From Gammaproteobacteria bacterium (GTDB lineage: Bacteria > Pseudomonadota > Gammaproteobacteria > UBA9214), in NCBI GenBank assembly GCA_020344335.1, contig CP070821.1, forward strand, positions 2,186,119 through 2,245,597: a stretch of 59,479 nucleotides of DNA. The letters are read 5' to 3'. A model generated the notes under the pieces. It was not told where the DNA came from and did not search any database. It saw only the letters and a list, made by a program, of their open reading frames with translations. Shown piece after piece: positions 50,158 through 59,479 of this stretch (the stretch's first letter is position 1; each line of letters begins with the position of its first letter). The position numbers and the translations under genes are program-made.

Positions 50158-51801
50158 CTACTTCCCGCCGGCTTCCACGCGTTTGGTAATCACCCACTGC
50201 TGGGCTATGGACAGGGTATTGTTGGCAACCCAGTAGAGCACCAGCCCGGAAGGGAAAAAGGCAAAGAAGACGGTAAACACCACGGGCAGTGCCATCATCA
50301 CCTTGGCCTGGATGGGATCCAGGGGTGCCGGATTGAGTTTCTGCTGAATCAGCATGGTTGCGCCCATCAACAGTGGCAGTACGTAGTAGGGATCCGCCGA
50401 AGACAGGTCATTCAGCCACAACATGAAGCTGGCCTGCCGGAGCTCGACGCTTTCCAGCAACACCCAGTAGAGCGCAATGAACACCGGTATCTGCACCAGG
50501 ATCGGCAGGCAGCCGCCCAGCGGGTTGATCTTTTCCTTCTTGTACAGCTCCATCATGGCCTGGTTAAGCTTTTGCCGGTCATCGCCATAGCGTTCCTTGA
50601 GCGATTGCAGGCGCGGCGCCAGCTTGCGCATGTTTGCCATGGAGCGATAACTGGTTTCGGAAAGCTTGTAGAAAACCAGCTTGATGAGGATAGTCAGGAT
50701 GATGATGGCCCAGCCCCAGTTGCCGATCAGGCCGTAAATCCAGTCGAGACCGATGAACAGCGGGCGCGCCAGTATCGTCAGCACGCCATAGTCGACGGTG
50801 AGCTGCAGTCCCGGCGCCACCTGCGCCATCGCATCCTGCAGCTTGGGACCCAGAAACAGGCGGTTTGCAAAACCCGCGGTTTCACCTGCCGGTATTACCC
50901 GTTGTGGCGAAATCAGTCCGATAACATAGCGTGCGCCACTGAGTGTCTTGGTGTAGTAGCGACTGGCTTCCCCGGCATCCGGAATAATGGCGCCGAGGAA
51001 ATAATGCTGGATCATCGCCGCCCAGCCATCGGTTATCGTGCGATCGAGATCCTCCTCCACCATGTGTTCGAACTTTATTTTTTCGTATTTCTCTTCCGGG
51101 CTGTAGAGCACTCCGCCCATGTAGGTGTAGATGAATGTGCTCTGGCCGGTTTCCGCGACCTGCGTGCGTTGCAGCTGGCGATACTGGCGCCCGCGCCAGT
51201 CAGCCCCACTTTTATTGGTCACGCGGTGTTCCAGATCGACTTTGTAACTGCCGCGGTGGAAGGTATACAGCTTGGTGACCTCGATGCCTTCCGCGCTGCG
51301 CCAGTGCAGCGGAACCTGTACGCTGTCGGCGGATTCCGCCAGACGGTAGTGCGCCTGTTCCGCACTGTAGACCACATGGTGGGTCGGTTCTTCCCCGTCC
51401 GGCGTACGCAGGCCTGACTGCACCACGAACAGGTTTGGCAGGCTGCCGTTTAACAGCCGGAACGGCTCGGCGCCGGGTTTGGTACCGACCGGATAGGCAA
51501 GCAGATCGGCCTGGCGCAGGTCACCGCCACTGGTATCGATGACGACGCGCAGCACGTCCGTTTCCACCACCACTTGCTGCGCCGCCTGCAGCGTGATCTC
51601 TTCGGGTACTGCATCATCATGCTGCACCGGTTCAGCAGGTGCAGCCGGCAGATCTGCGCCGGTTGTGGCCGGGGTGGCATCCGCTGTTGCCGCCGGGGGC
51701 GCAAGCTGTGGTGCTGGACCATAGTCCTCCATCCATGCCTGCCACAACAACAGCAGCACGAACGACAACGCAACGAACAGAAACAGGCGCTGGTTATCCA
51801 T
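50158..51801 (-). CDS. yidC: Membrane protein insertase YidC
   Basis: The product starts MDNQRLFLFVALSFVLLLLWQAW, has a large periplasmic domain, and has a conserved C-terminal TM core. Confidence 0.96.
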   Translation of the reverse strand: MDNQRLFLFVALSFVLLLLWQAWMEDYGPAPQLAPPAATADATPATTGADLPAAPAEPVQHDDAVPEEITLQAAQQVVVETDVLRVVIDTSGGDLRQADLLAYPVGTKPGAEPFRLLNGSLPNLFVVQSGLRTPDGEEPTHHVVYSAEQAHYRLAESADSVQVPLHWRSAEGIEVTKLYTFHRGSYKVDLEHRVTNKSGADWRGRQYRQLQRTQVAETGQSTFIYTYMGGVLYSPEEKYEKIKFEHMVEEDLDRTITDGWAAMIQHYFLGAIIPDAGEASRYYTKTLSGARYVIGLISPQRVIPAGETAGFANRLFLGPKLQDAMAQVAPGLQLTVDYGVLTILARPLFIGLDWIYGLIGNWGWAIIILTILIKLVFYKLSETSYRSMANMRKLAPRLQSLKERYGDDRQKLNQAMMELYKKEKINPLGGCLPILVQIPVFIALYWVLLESVELRQASFMLWLNDLSSADPYYVLPLLMGATMLIQQKLNPAPLDPIQAKVMMALPVVFTVFFAFFPSGLVLYWVANNTLSIAQQWVITKRVEAGGK

Positions 51802-52030
51802 GCGGGACTCGCTGTTCCCGGTCAGGAACCGGGTCGATACCGCCGGGATGCCAGGGATGACAGCGCGACAGTCGGCGCATGGTCATCAGGGTCCCGCGCA
51901 ACACGCCAAAGCGTTCAATCGCGGTAATCGCGTAACAGGAACAGGATGGATGAAACCGGCAGTGCGCACCCAGCCAGGGGCTGAACAGCAACCGATAGGC
52001 CTTGATCAACAGTATTAACAAGCGGCGCAT
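51794..52030 (-). CDS. yidD: Membrane protein insertion efficiency factor YidD
   Basis: The product reads [34 protein letters not shown]...CHPWHPGGIDPVP. The gene overlaps rnpA and yidC by a few nucleotides. Confidence 0.9.
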   Translation of the reverse strand: MRRLLILLIKAYRLLFSPWLGAHCRFHPSCSCYAITAIERFGVLRGTLMTMRRLSRCHPWHPGGIDPVPDREQRVPHG

Positions 52031-52425
52031 GTCTTGATCAGTTTTTTCCAAAGTTTATCGAGTGACTCGGCAATGGCCCGGTTGGTCTGCCGTGCAATGC
52101 CGGGGCGACCGATGACCACGATGTCGAGATTGCCGAGCTTCTGCTGTTCGTGTCGAAAACTTTCCCGGACCAGGCGCTTGATTCGGTTGCGCGCCACTGC
52201 CGTACGGGCCGCTTTGCGGGAGATCACCAGACCAAGTCGCGGGTTGTTCCGGTCATTGGAAATTGCCAGCATCGTCATCCAGCGATTACTCGCCTTGCAA
52301 CGACAGTGGTCAAACACCCGTGTAAATTCGACGGGCTCCGTGAGCCGGGCCTGTCGTGGATAGCGCGCCCGTCCGATACGCCGGCGTGCCGACTCAGACG
52401 GACAGTCGCGCCCGGCCCTTTGCAC
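52015..52425 (-). CDS. rnpA: RNase P protein component
   Basis: Matching stretches are [12 protein letters not shown]..., [19 protein letters not shown]. The GTG start overlaps the 3' end of rpmH. Confidence 0.86.
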   Translation of the reverse strand: MQRAGRDCPSESARRRIGRARYPRQARLTEPVEFTRVFDHCRCKASNRWMTMLAISNDRNNPRLGLVISRKAARTAVARNRIKRLVRESFRHEQQKLGNLDIVVIGRPGIARQTNRAIAESLDKLWKKLIKTCAAC

Positions 52426-52528
52426 GGCGCGCCTTGATGACGGCTCTGCCGTTCTTGGTGCTCATGCGTGCACGAAATCCGTGCGTGCGCTTGCGCTTCA
52501 GATTGCTGGGTTGAAAGGTTCTCTTCAT
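52394..52528 (-). CDS. rpmH: 50S ribosomal protein L34
   Basis: My hand translation gives [44 protein letters not shown]. The gene falls below the length cut-off of the ORF track. Confidence 0.95.
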   Translation of the reverse strand: MKRTFQPSNLKRKRTHGFRARMSTKNGRAVIKARRAKGRARLSV

Positions 52529-52653
52529 GACACACCAAATTTCTGTTTACACTAAAAATTGTCCACGTCCTGCGACGTGAAAAAGGGCGCAAAGGGTACT
52601 GGTTCAGCGGTTCTACTGTCAACCGGCAATGCGAACATCGAACAGCAACCGGA

Positions 52654-52662
52654 TGTGGATAA
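52654..52662. promoter_or_regulatory. Perfect DnaA box (TGTGGATAA) upstream of dnaA
   Basis: It is an exact 9-mer match to the reverse complement of TTATCCACA. A degenerate box, TTGTCCACG, lies at about 52559. Confidence 0.7.
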
Positions 52663-52738
52663 CTGTCACTGACAGGTATAGACTCCTCTCCCTCGGTAAC
52701 GTGCATTCAACAACAACAAGGGGGTCTGGCTGGTGGAA

Positions 52739-54067
52739 ATGTCGCTCTGGCAAAAGTGTCTGGTTCGTCTGGAAAATGAACTCCCCGAGCAACAATTCAA
52801 CACCTGGATAAGGCCGCTGCATGCGGTTGAAGCAGCCGACAGCCTGCAGTTGCTGGCACCCAACCAGTTTGTCCTCGACTGGGTAAAAAAGCACCATTTC
52901 AACACCATTTCCCGGACCCTGCATGACCTGGGTCAGAACGTGACCCCGCGCATCCAGCTCGATATCGGCAGCACCAACAAGACCCCGGCCACCGGGGTTA
53001 TCACACCAGGCAACCGGGTCCCGGAACGGCCGGTGCCCGGACAATACAAGAGCAACCTGAACGGGGATTTTACCTTCGAGACGTTCGTCGGCGGCAAGTC
53101 CAACCAGCTGGCGCGCGCTGCTTCTATCCAAGTCGGGGAAAACCCGGGCGGAGCCTACAATCCGTTGTTTATCTACGGTGGTGTCGGCCTTGGCAAGACT
53201 CACCTGATGCATGCGGTTGGAAACCTGATCCTGGAACACAAGCCGGATGCACGGGTAATTTATCTGCATTCCGAGCGTTTCGTAGCCGACATGGTCAAGG
53301 CACTGCAACACAACGCCATCAACGAATTCCAGCGCTTCTACCGCACAGTGGATGCCTTGCTCATCGACGACATCCAGTTCTTTGCCGGCAAGGAGCGTTC
53401 ACAGGAAGAATTCTTTCATACTTTCAATGCCTTGCTGGAAGGCCAGCAACAGGTGATACTGACCTGTGACCGCTATCCCAAGGAGGTGACGGGGCTTGAA
53501 GAGCGCCTTAAATCGCGCTTCGGCTGGGGCCTGACGGCGGCCATCGAACCGGCAGAACTGGAGACCCGGGTAGCGATCCTGATGAGCAAGGCTGCCCAGA
53601 GTAATACCGAGTTGCCGGATGACGTAGCGTTCTTCATTGCCAAGCACATCCAGTCCAATATCCGCGAACTCGAAGGCGCGCTGCGCCGCGTCATGGCCAG
53701 CGCCCGTTTTACCGGCCGGCCCATCGACCTGGAATTTACCAGGGAGGCGCTGCGCGACCTGCTGGCATTGCAGGACAAGCTGGTGACCACCGAGAACATC
53801 CAGAAAGTGGTCGCCGAGTATTACAAAATCCGGGTCTCGGACCTGCTCTCACCCCGGCGCAGCCGAACCATTACCCGGCCCCGCCAGATTGCCATGTCAC
53901 TGGGGAAGGAGCTGACCTCGCACAGCCTGCCGGAAATCGGTAATGCCTTCGGAGGCCGTGATCACACCACAGTACTGCATGCTTGTCGCAAAGTCGCGGA
54001 ACTCAGGGATAGCGATGCACGCATCAACGAAGACTACAAAAACCTGTTAAGAACCCTGACAACATGA
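52739..54067 (+). CDS. dnaA: Chromosomal replication initiator DnaA
   Basis: The product starts [27 protein letters not shown]. The AAA+ Walker A motif is [10 protein letters not shown], and a C-terminal DnaA-box-binding domain follows. The GTG at 52733 is a less likely start. Confidence 0.97.
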   Translation: MSLWQKCLVRLENELPEQQFNTWIRPLHAVEAADSLQLLAPNQFVLDWVKKHHFNTISRTLHDLGQNVTPRIQLDIGSTNKTPATGVITPGNRVPERPVPGQYKSNLNGDFTFETFVGGKSNQLARAASIQVGENPGGAYNPLFIYGGVGLGKTHLMHAVGNLILEHKPDARVIYLHSERFVADMVKALQHNAINEFQRFYRTVDALLIDDIQFFAGKERSQEEFFHTFNALLEGQQQVILTCDRYPKEVTGLEERLKSRFGWGLTAAIEPAELETRVAILMSKAAQSNTELPDDVAFFIAKHIQSNIRELEGALRRVMASARFTGRPIDLEFTREALRDLLALQDKLVTTENIQKVVAEYYKIRVSDLLSPRRSRTITRPRQIAMSLGKELTSHSLPEIGNAFGGRDHTTVLHACRKVAELRDSDARINEDYKNLLRTLTT

Positions 54068-54251
54068 TGTGGATAACGTGTGTATAAAATAAACTGGGTT
54101 ACTTATCCACAGCTTGCCAACAATTGATCACAGATTTATCAGGGTGGTTTTTATTTCTATATGACATTGATTATATTCACTAAATATGGGTTATCCACAG
54201 CGCCTGGTTACCCTTATTAATTCAACAAATAGTCTTTAAATTAATTAAATT
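54068..54251. promoter_or_regulatory. DnaA-box cluster plus AT-rich tracts in the dnaA-dnaN spacer; a candidate oriC or part of it
   Basis: There are three perfect boxes: TGTGGATAA at 54068-54076, and TTATCCACA at 54103-54111 and 54191-54199. AT-rich runs lie at about 54147-54190 and 54214-54251, and there is one GATC site. Confidence 0.6.
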
Positions 54252-55352
54252 ATGAAATTGACAATCCAGCGTAAAATCCTGCTCAAGCCGCTACAGCAGG
54301 TAGTCGGTGTCGTGGAACGGCGCCAGACACTCCCGATTCTGGGTAATGTGCTACTGAACGCCACGGCCAGGGAACTGAAACTAACGGCCACCGACCTGGA
54401 GGTTGAGCTCCAGGCAAAGGTAAAACTAACCGTGAGCGAACCCGGTGATATCACCCTGCCGGCACGCAAGCTGCTCGATATCTGCCGAACTCTGCCGGAA
54501 GGCGCTGACATTGATATTTCGGTCAAGCGCGAACGGGCAACGGTACAGTCCGGCAAAAGTCGCTTTATCCTGGCAACCATGCCAGCGAGCGAGTTTCCGG
54601 TGGTAGACAAGATCAAGAGTCCGCACAAGTTCAGTGCCCCGCAAAACGAACTGCGCCAGGTCATCGACCGCACCGCCTTCTCCATGGCACAGCAGGATGT
54701 TCGCTACTACCTGAACGGCCTGATGCTGGAGCCGGACAATGGCGTGTTGCGTGCAGTGGCGACCGATGGCCATCGACTGGCGATCTGTGAATCGGCCATG
54801 GACGTGGGTGAAACCACCGGCCATCAGGTCATTGTGCCGCGGAAGGGTATCCAGGAACTGCATCGCCTGCTCGAGGATGATACGACCGCCATTACTGTGG
54901 AAATCGGTACCAACCACATCCGCATCACCACGAAGGAACTCCGCTTTACCTCCAAGCTGATCGATGGCCGGTTCCCGGATTACAACCGTGTCATCCCCAA
55001 GGAGGCCAACAAGCGCCTGGTTATCGACCGCGAGACATTACGTCAGGCACTCACCCGGACATCGATTCTCTCCAACGAAAAATACCGTGGCATCCGTCTG
55101 AGTTTATCTAAAAATAATCTGAAAATACAAGCACATAACCCGGAACAAGAAGAGGCGGTTGATGAGATAGAGGTTGACTATGACAGTGAACCACTGGACA
55201 TCGGATTCAATGTCACCTACCTGCTCGACGTACTGGCGACAATTGATTCCGATTCTGTCGAGTTTTTACTTCGCGATGCCAACAGTAGTACCTTGATCCA
55301 CCAACCGGGCATTGATGATTACCGGTACGTCGTCATGCCAATGCGCCTGTAA
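54252..55352 (+). CDS. dnaN: DNA polymerase III beta sliding clamp
   Basis: The product starts MKLTIQRKILLKPLQQVVGVVERRQTLPILGNVLL, is 366 aa, and ends in MPMRL. Confidence 0.97.
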   Translation: MKLTIQRKILLKPLQQVVGVVERRQTLPILGNVLLNATARELKLTATDLEVELQAKVKLTVSEPGDITLPARKLLDICRTLPEGADIDISVKRERATVQSGKSRFILATMPASEFPVVDKIKSPHKFSAPQNELRQVIDRTAFSMAQQDVRYYLNGLMLEPDNGVLRAVATDGHRLAICESAMDVGETTGHQVIVPRKGIQELHRLLEDDTTAITVEIGTNHIRITTKELRFTSKLIDGRFPDYNRVIPKEANKRLVIDRETLRQALTRTSILSNEKYRGIRLSLSKNNLKIQAHNPEQEEAVDEIEVDYDSEPLDIGFNVTYLLDVLATIDSDSVEFLLRDANSSTLIHQPGIDDYRYVVMPMRL

Positions 55353-55357
55353 TCGTT

Positions 55358-56485
55358 TTGGCAGTCCGTGTTCCCGGCGACGCCACTTCTGAACCACTGA
55401 CAGCAAGCGGGCTTCAGTCCCTCGAGATAACCGATTTTCGTAATATCGAAAACGCTCGCCTGGGCTTCTCTCCCGGACTGAACCTGATAACCGGTGCCAA
55501 TGCAGCTGGCAAGACCAGTCTGCTCGAAGCGATCTTTTGCCTGGGCCGGGTACATTCGTTTCGTAGCAGCGATGCGGATTGCCTGATTCGCGACAACCAG
55601 CCGGCCTGGCGTCTGGTGGGCTGCATCGGCTTGGCCGAGGGCCGTGGGATCCCGGTAGGCATAGAGAGATACCCGGGAAGATACCGCATCCACCTGGAAG
55701 GCCGGCCGGTCAGCCGTCTGTCAGATCTCGCAGGCCGACTGCCAGTGCATATCATGAGCGGGGATACGGCGAATATCCTGGATGGCGGGCCCCGCTACCG
55801 CCGCCAGACACTGGATTGGGCGCTGTTCCACGTGGAACACGGCTACCGCGAAGCCTGGCAACGCTATGTACGTGCGTTGCGCCAGCGGAATGCCGCATTG
55901 CGTGCCCAAGCCCCGGTCAAACAGATTTCTGCCTGGGATGCAGAACTAATCGACGCCGCAGGGATATTGGACCGTCTTCGGCGCGGTTACCTCGATGAAC
56001 TGGCTCCGCACCTGCACGCGGAGTTCGGTGTATTGTTGCCGGGAATCCAGATTGCACTGCGCTATCGCTCCGGCTGGGCACAGGATATGACCCTGGCGAC
56101 GGCGCTGGATAATTCCCTGGATCGGGACCGGGCGCAGGGTTATACGCATGCCGGACCCCATCGCGGTGATTTTTCTCTGCGTGTGGAAGAAAAGCCGATT
56201 ATGACCTGCTTTTCCCGGGGCCAGCAAAAAGCCACGGTGCTGGCTTTTCTGTTGGCCCAGCAGAAATTGCAGCATGCCCGGGCAGCCCCGCAAGGGGCCT
56301 TTTTGCTGGATGACCTGGCCAGTGAAATGGACGCCGATCACCAGACGCGCGTCATCGCGGCGCTCGCTGAATTGCAGGCCCAGGTATTCGTCACGGCGAT
56401 TGACCCGCAGGCCCTTGCCTGTGATCACTGGCCAGTGAACAAAAGGTTCCACGTGGAACATGGCGCGATCCATGAAGTGGTATAA
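55358..56485 (+). CDS. recF: DNA replication and repair protein RecF
   Basis: It contains LEITDFRNIE and the Walker A motif GANAAGKTSLLEA. The only in-frame start is TTG. Confidence 0.92.
   Translation: MAVRVPGDATSEPLTASGLQSLEITDFRNIENARLGFSPGLNLITGANAAGKTSLLEAIFCLGRVHSFRSSDADCLIRDNQPAWRLVGCIGLAEGRGIPVGIERYPGRYRIHLEGRPVSRLSDLAGRLPVHIMSGDTANILDGGPRYRRQTLDWALFHVEHGYREAWQRYVRALRQRNAALRAQAPVKQISAWDAELIDAAGILDRLRRGYLDELAPHLHAEFGVLLPGIQIALRYRSGWAQDMTLATALDNSLDRDRAQGYTHAGPHRGDFSLRVEEKPIMTCFSRGQQKATVLAFLLAQQKLQHARAAPQGAFLLDDLASEMDADHQTRVIAALAELQAQVFVTAIDPQALACDHWPVNKRFHVEHGAIHEVV
55824..55839. promoter_or_regulatory. parS centromere-like site, a perfect 16-bp palindrome TGTTCCACGTGGAACA
   Basis: It is an exact match to the ParB-binding consensus described for Pseudomonas. 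It lies inside recF. Confidence 0.8.
56445..56460. promoter_or_regulatory. Second parS-like site, GGTTCCACGTGGAACA (15 of 16 positions; the 14-bp palindromic core is perfect)
   Basis: It lies inside the 3' end of recF, 621 bp from the first site. Confidence 0.65.
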
Positions 56486-56503
56486 TGAACGGCTTTCTAT
56501 TAG

Positions 56504-58933
<2,430 letters not shown>

Positions 58934-59078
58934 CCGGTAACCCTCTCGAATGCTTCGTCGGCACCCGCTGGCGGGCCGGGAAGTCTATGCGCAGGGTGCA
59001 AAGACCGAAGGGCTGCCGTGGGCCGGGATTCCGCGCGGGATCGACCACCAATTAGTTTTGAAAATAACGGGATATCGT

Positions 59079-59116
59079 TATAATTTGTCTAAACTATATT
59101 TATATAGTTTAGACAA
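59079..59116 (+). promoter_or_regulatory. Perfect TATAAT hexamer immediately followed by a 32-bp palindrome; an operator-like or hairpin element
   Basis: TATAAT lies at 59079-59084. TTGTCTAAACTATAT-TT-ATATAGTTTAGACAA lies at 59085-59116 and has 15-bp perfect arms. A possible -35, TTGAAA at 59058-59063, gives only a 15-nt spacer. Confidence 0.35.
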
Positions 59117-59345
59117 TAAATAGCTTAGGTCGTACTGTTTTCCCGTGTTTTCTGCCAGTCTGCGGCAGTGCATTCGAATCCGGCCTCTTCAATATGCGGC
59201 CCGCAAGGGCCACAGCGGAGTCCGGCACTTATCCGTCACGGATTTCCCAGCCTGCCTCTTACCATGACAAGTCCCTCGCGCTTGCATTCGGGCATCGGCA
59301 CGGCCTGGGATCCAGGGGCAGACAGCAGCCTTATGGCAAGGTCAG

Positions 59346-59479
59346 TCATTTCAATGTGGTGATCTCCTTCATGCAGTCCTCGATCCATCCCGAAGCTTCC
59401 TCAAGAATCTGCTGGGCGGTCTTGCCGTCTGCGGAGATGGGTTTGCCGATGCGTACCTGGATCGTCCCGGGGCGCTTTA
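59346..59479 (-). CDS. C-terminal end of a 1-acyl-sn-glycerol-3-phosphate acyltransferase (PlsC-like). The 5' part lies beyond the right edge of the window.
   Basis: My hand translation of the minus strand gives KRPGTIQVRIGKPISADGKTAQQILEEASGWIEDCMKEITTLK followed by a stop. The position is convergent with gyrB, as for the plsC homologue next to gyrB in Pseudomonas. Confidence 0.65.
   Translation of the reverse strand, partial: KRPGTIQVRIGKPISADGKTAQQILEEASGWIEDCMKEITTLK

Noticed and set aside
59165-59195. The motif TTCGAATCC resembles a tRNA T-loop and could be a tRNA or an att-site remnant.
   Set aside because: The flanking bases (GTGCA / CCGGC) cannot form a T-stem. No acceptor or anticodon arms can be drawn. 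No integrase or direct repeat is present.

Overview
This window is the origin-proximal core of a moderately GC-rich gammaproteobacterial chromosome, and its gene order closely follows the Pseudomonas oriC region. From left to right it carries: a TVP38-rhodanese fusion, a fatty-acid hydroxylase, cbpA-cbpM-trx2, a multicopper oxidase with a multi-haem lipoprotein, an EEP-family hydrolase, dsbA, cytochrome c4, engB, polA, a LOG-family gene, a DUF2782-like gene, thrB, a TRAP transporter, a PAS-GGDEF-EAL sensor, uvrD, hemH, glmS, glmU, a slyD-like PPIase, the full atpIBEFHAGDC operon, parB, parA, rsmG, mnmG, a four-gene islet, mnmE, yidC, yidD, rnpA, rpmH, dnaA, dnaN, recF, gyrB and the 3' end of a plsC-like gene. 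Most of it is ordinary housekeeping DNA. I found no CRISPR array, transposase, integrase, tRNA/rRNA gene, or recognisable defence or toxin-antitoxin module. The parts not explained by standard annotation are listed here.
1. Two tandem paralogous membrane-anchored proteins with a Cys motif and an arginine-rich tail, plus a small Cys-rich ORF, sit between uvrD and hemH. I cannot assign them to any family, and they are my best candidate for something undescribed.
2. A Tat-exported multicopper oxidase is followed by a 774-aa lipoprotein that combines three CxxCH motifs with CHRD-like and PKD-like modules.
3. A roughly 115-nt structured sRNA candidate lies downstream of polA, in the Spot 42/ErsA syntenic position. 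It has a sigmaE/AlgU-type promoter and a strong terminator.
4. Three perfect DnaA boxes and AT-rich tracts lie between dnaA and dnaN, and two parS palindromes lie inside recF.
5. An accessory islet between mnmG and mnmE contains a TetR regulator, a methyltransferase and a stand-alone cNMP-binding protein, with an unusually AT-rich spacer.
6. Several REP-like or palindromic elements and unexpectedly long spacers occur inside otherwise tight operons.
All functional calls come from reading motifs in the supplied translations and from synteny. No database search was run.
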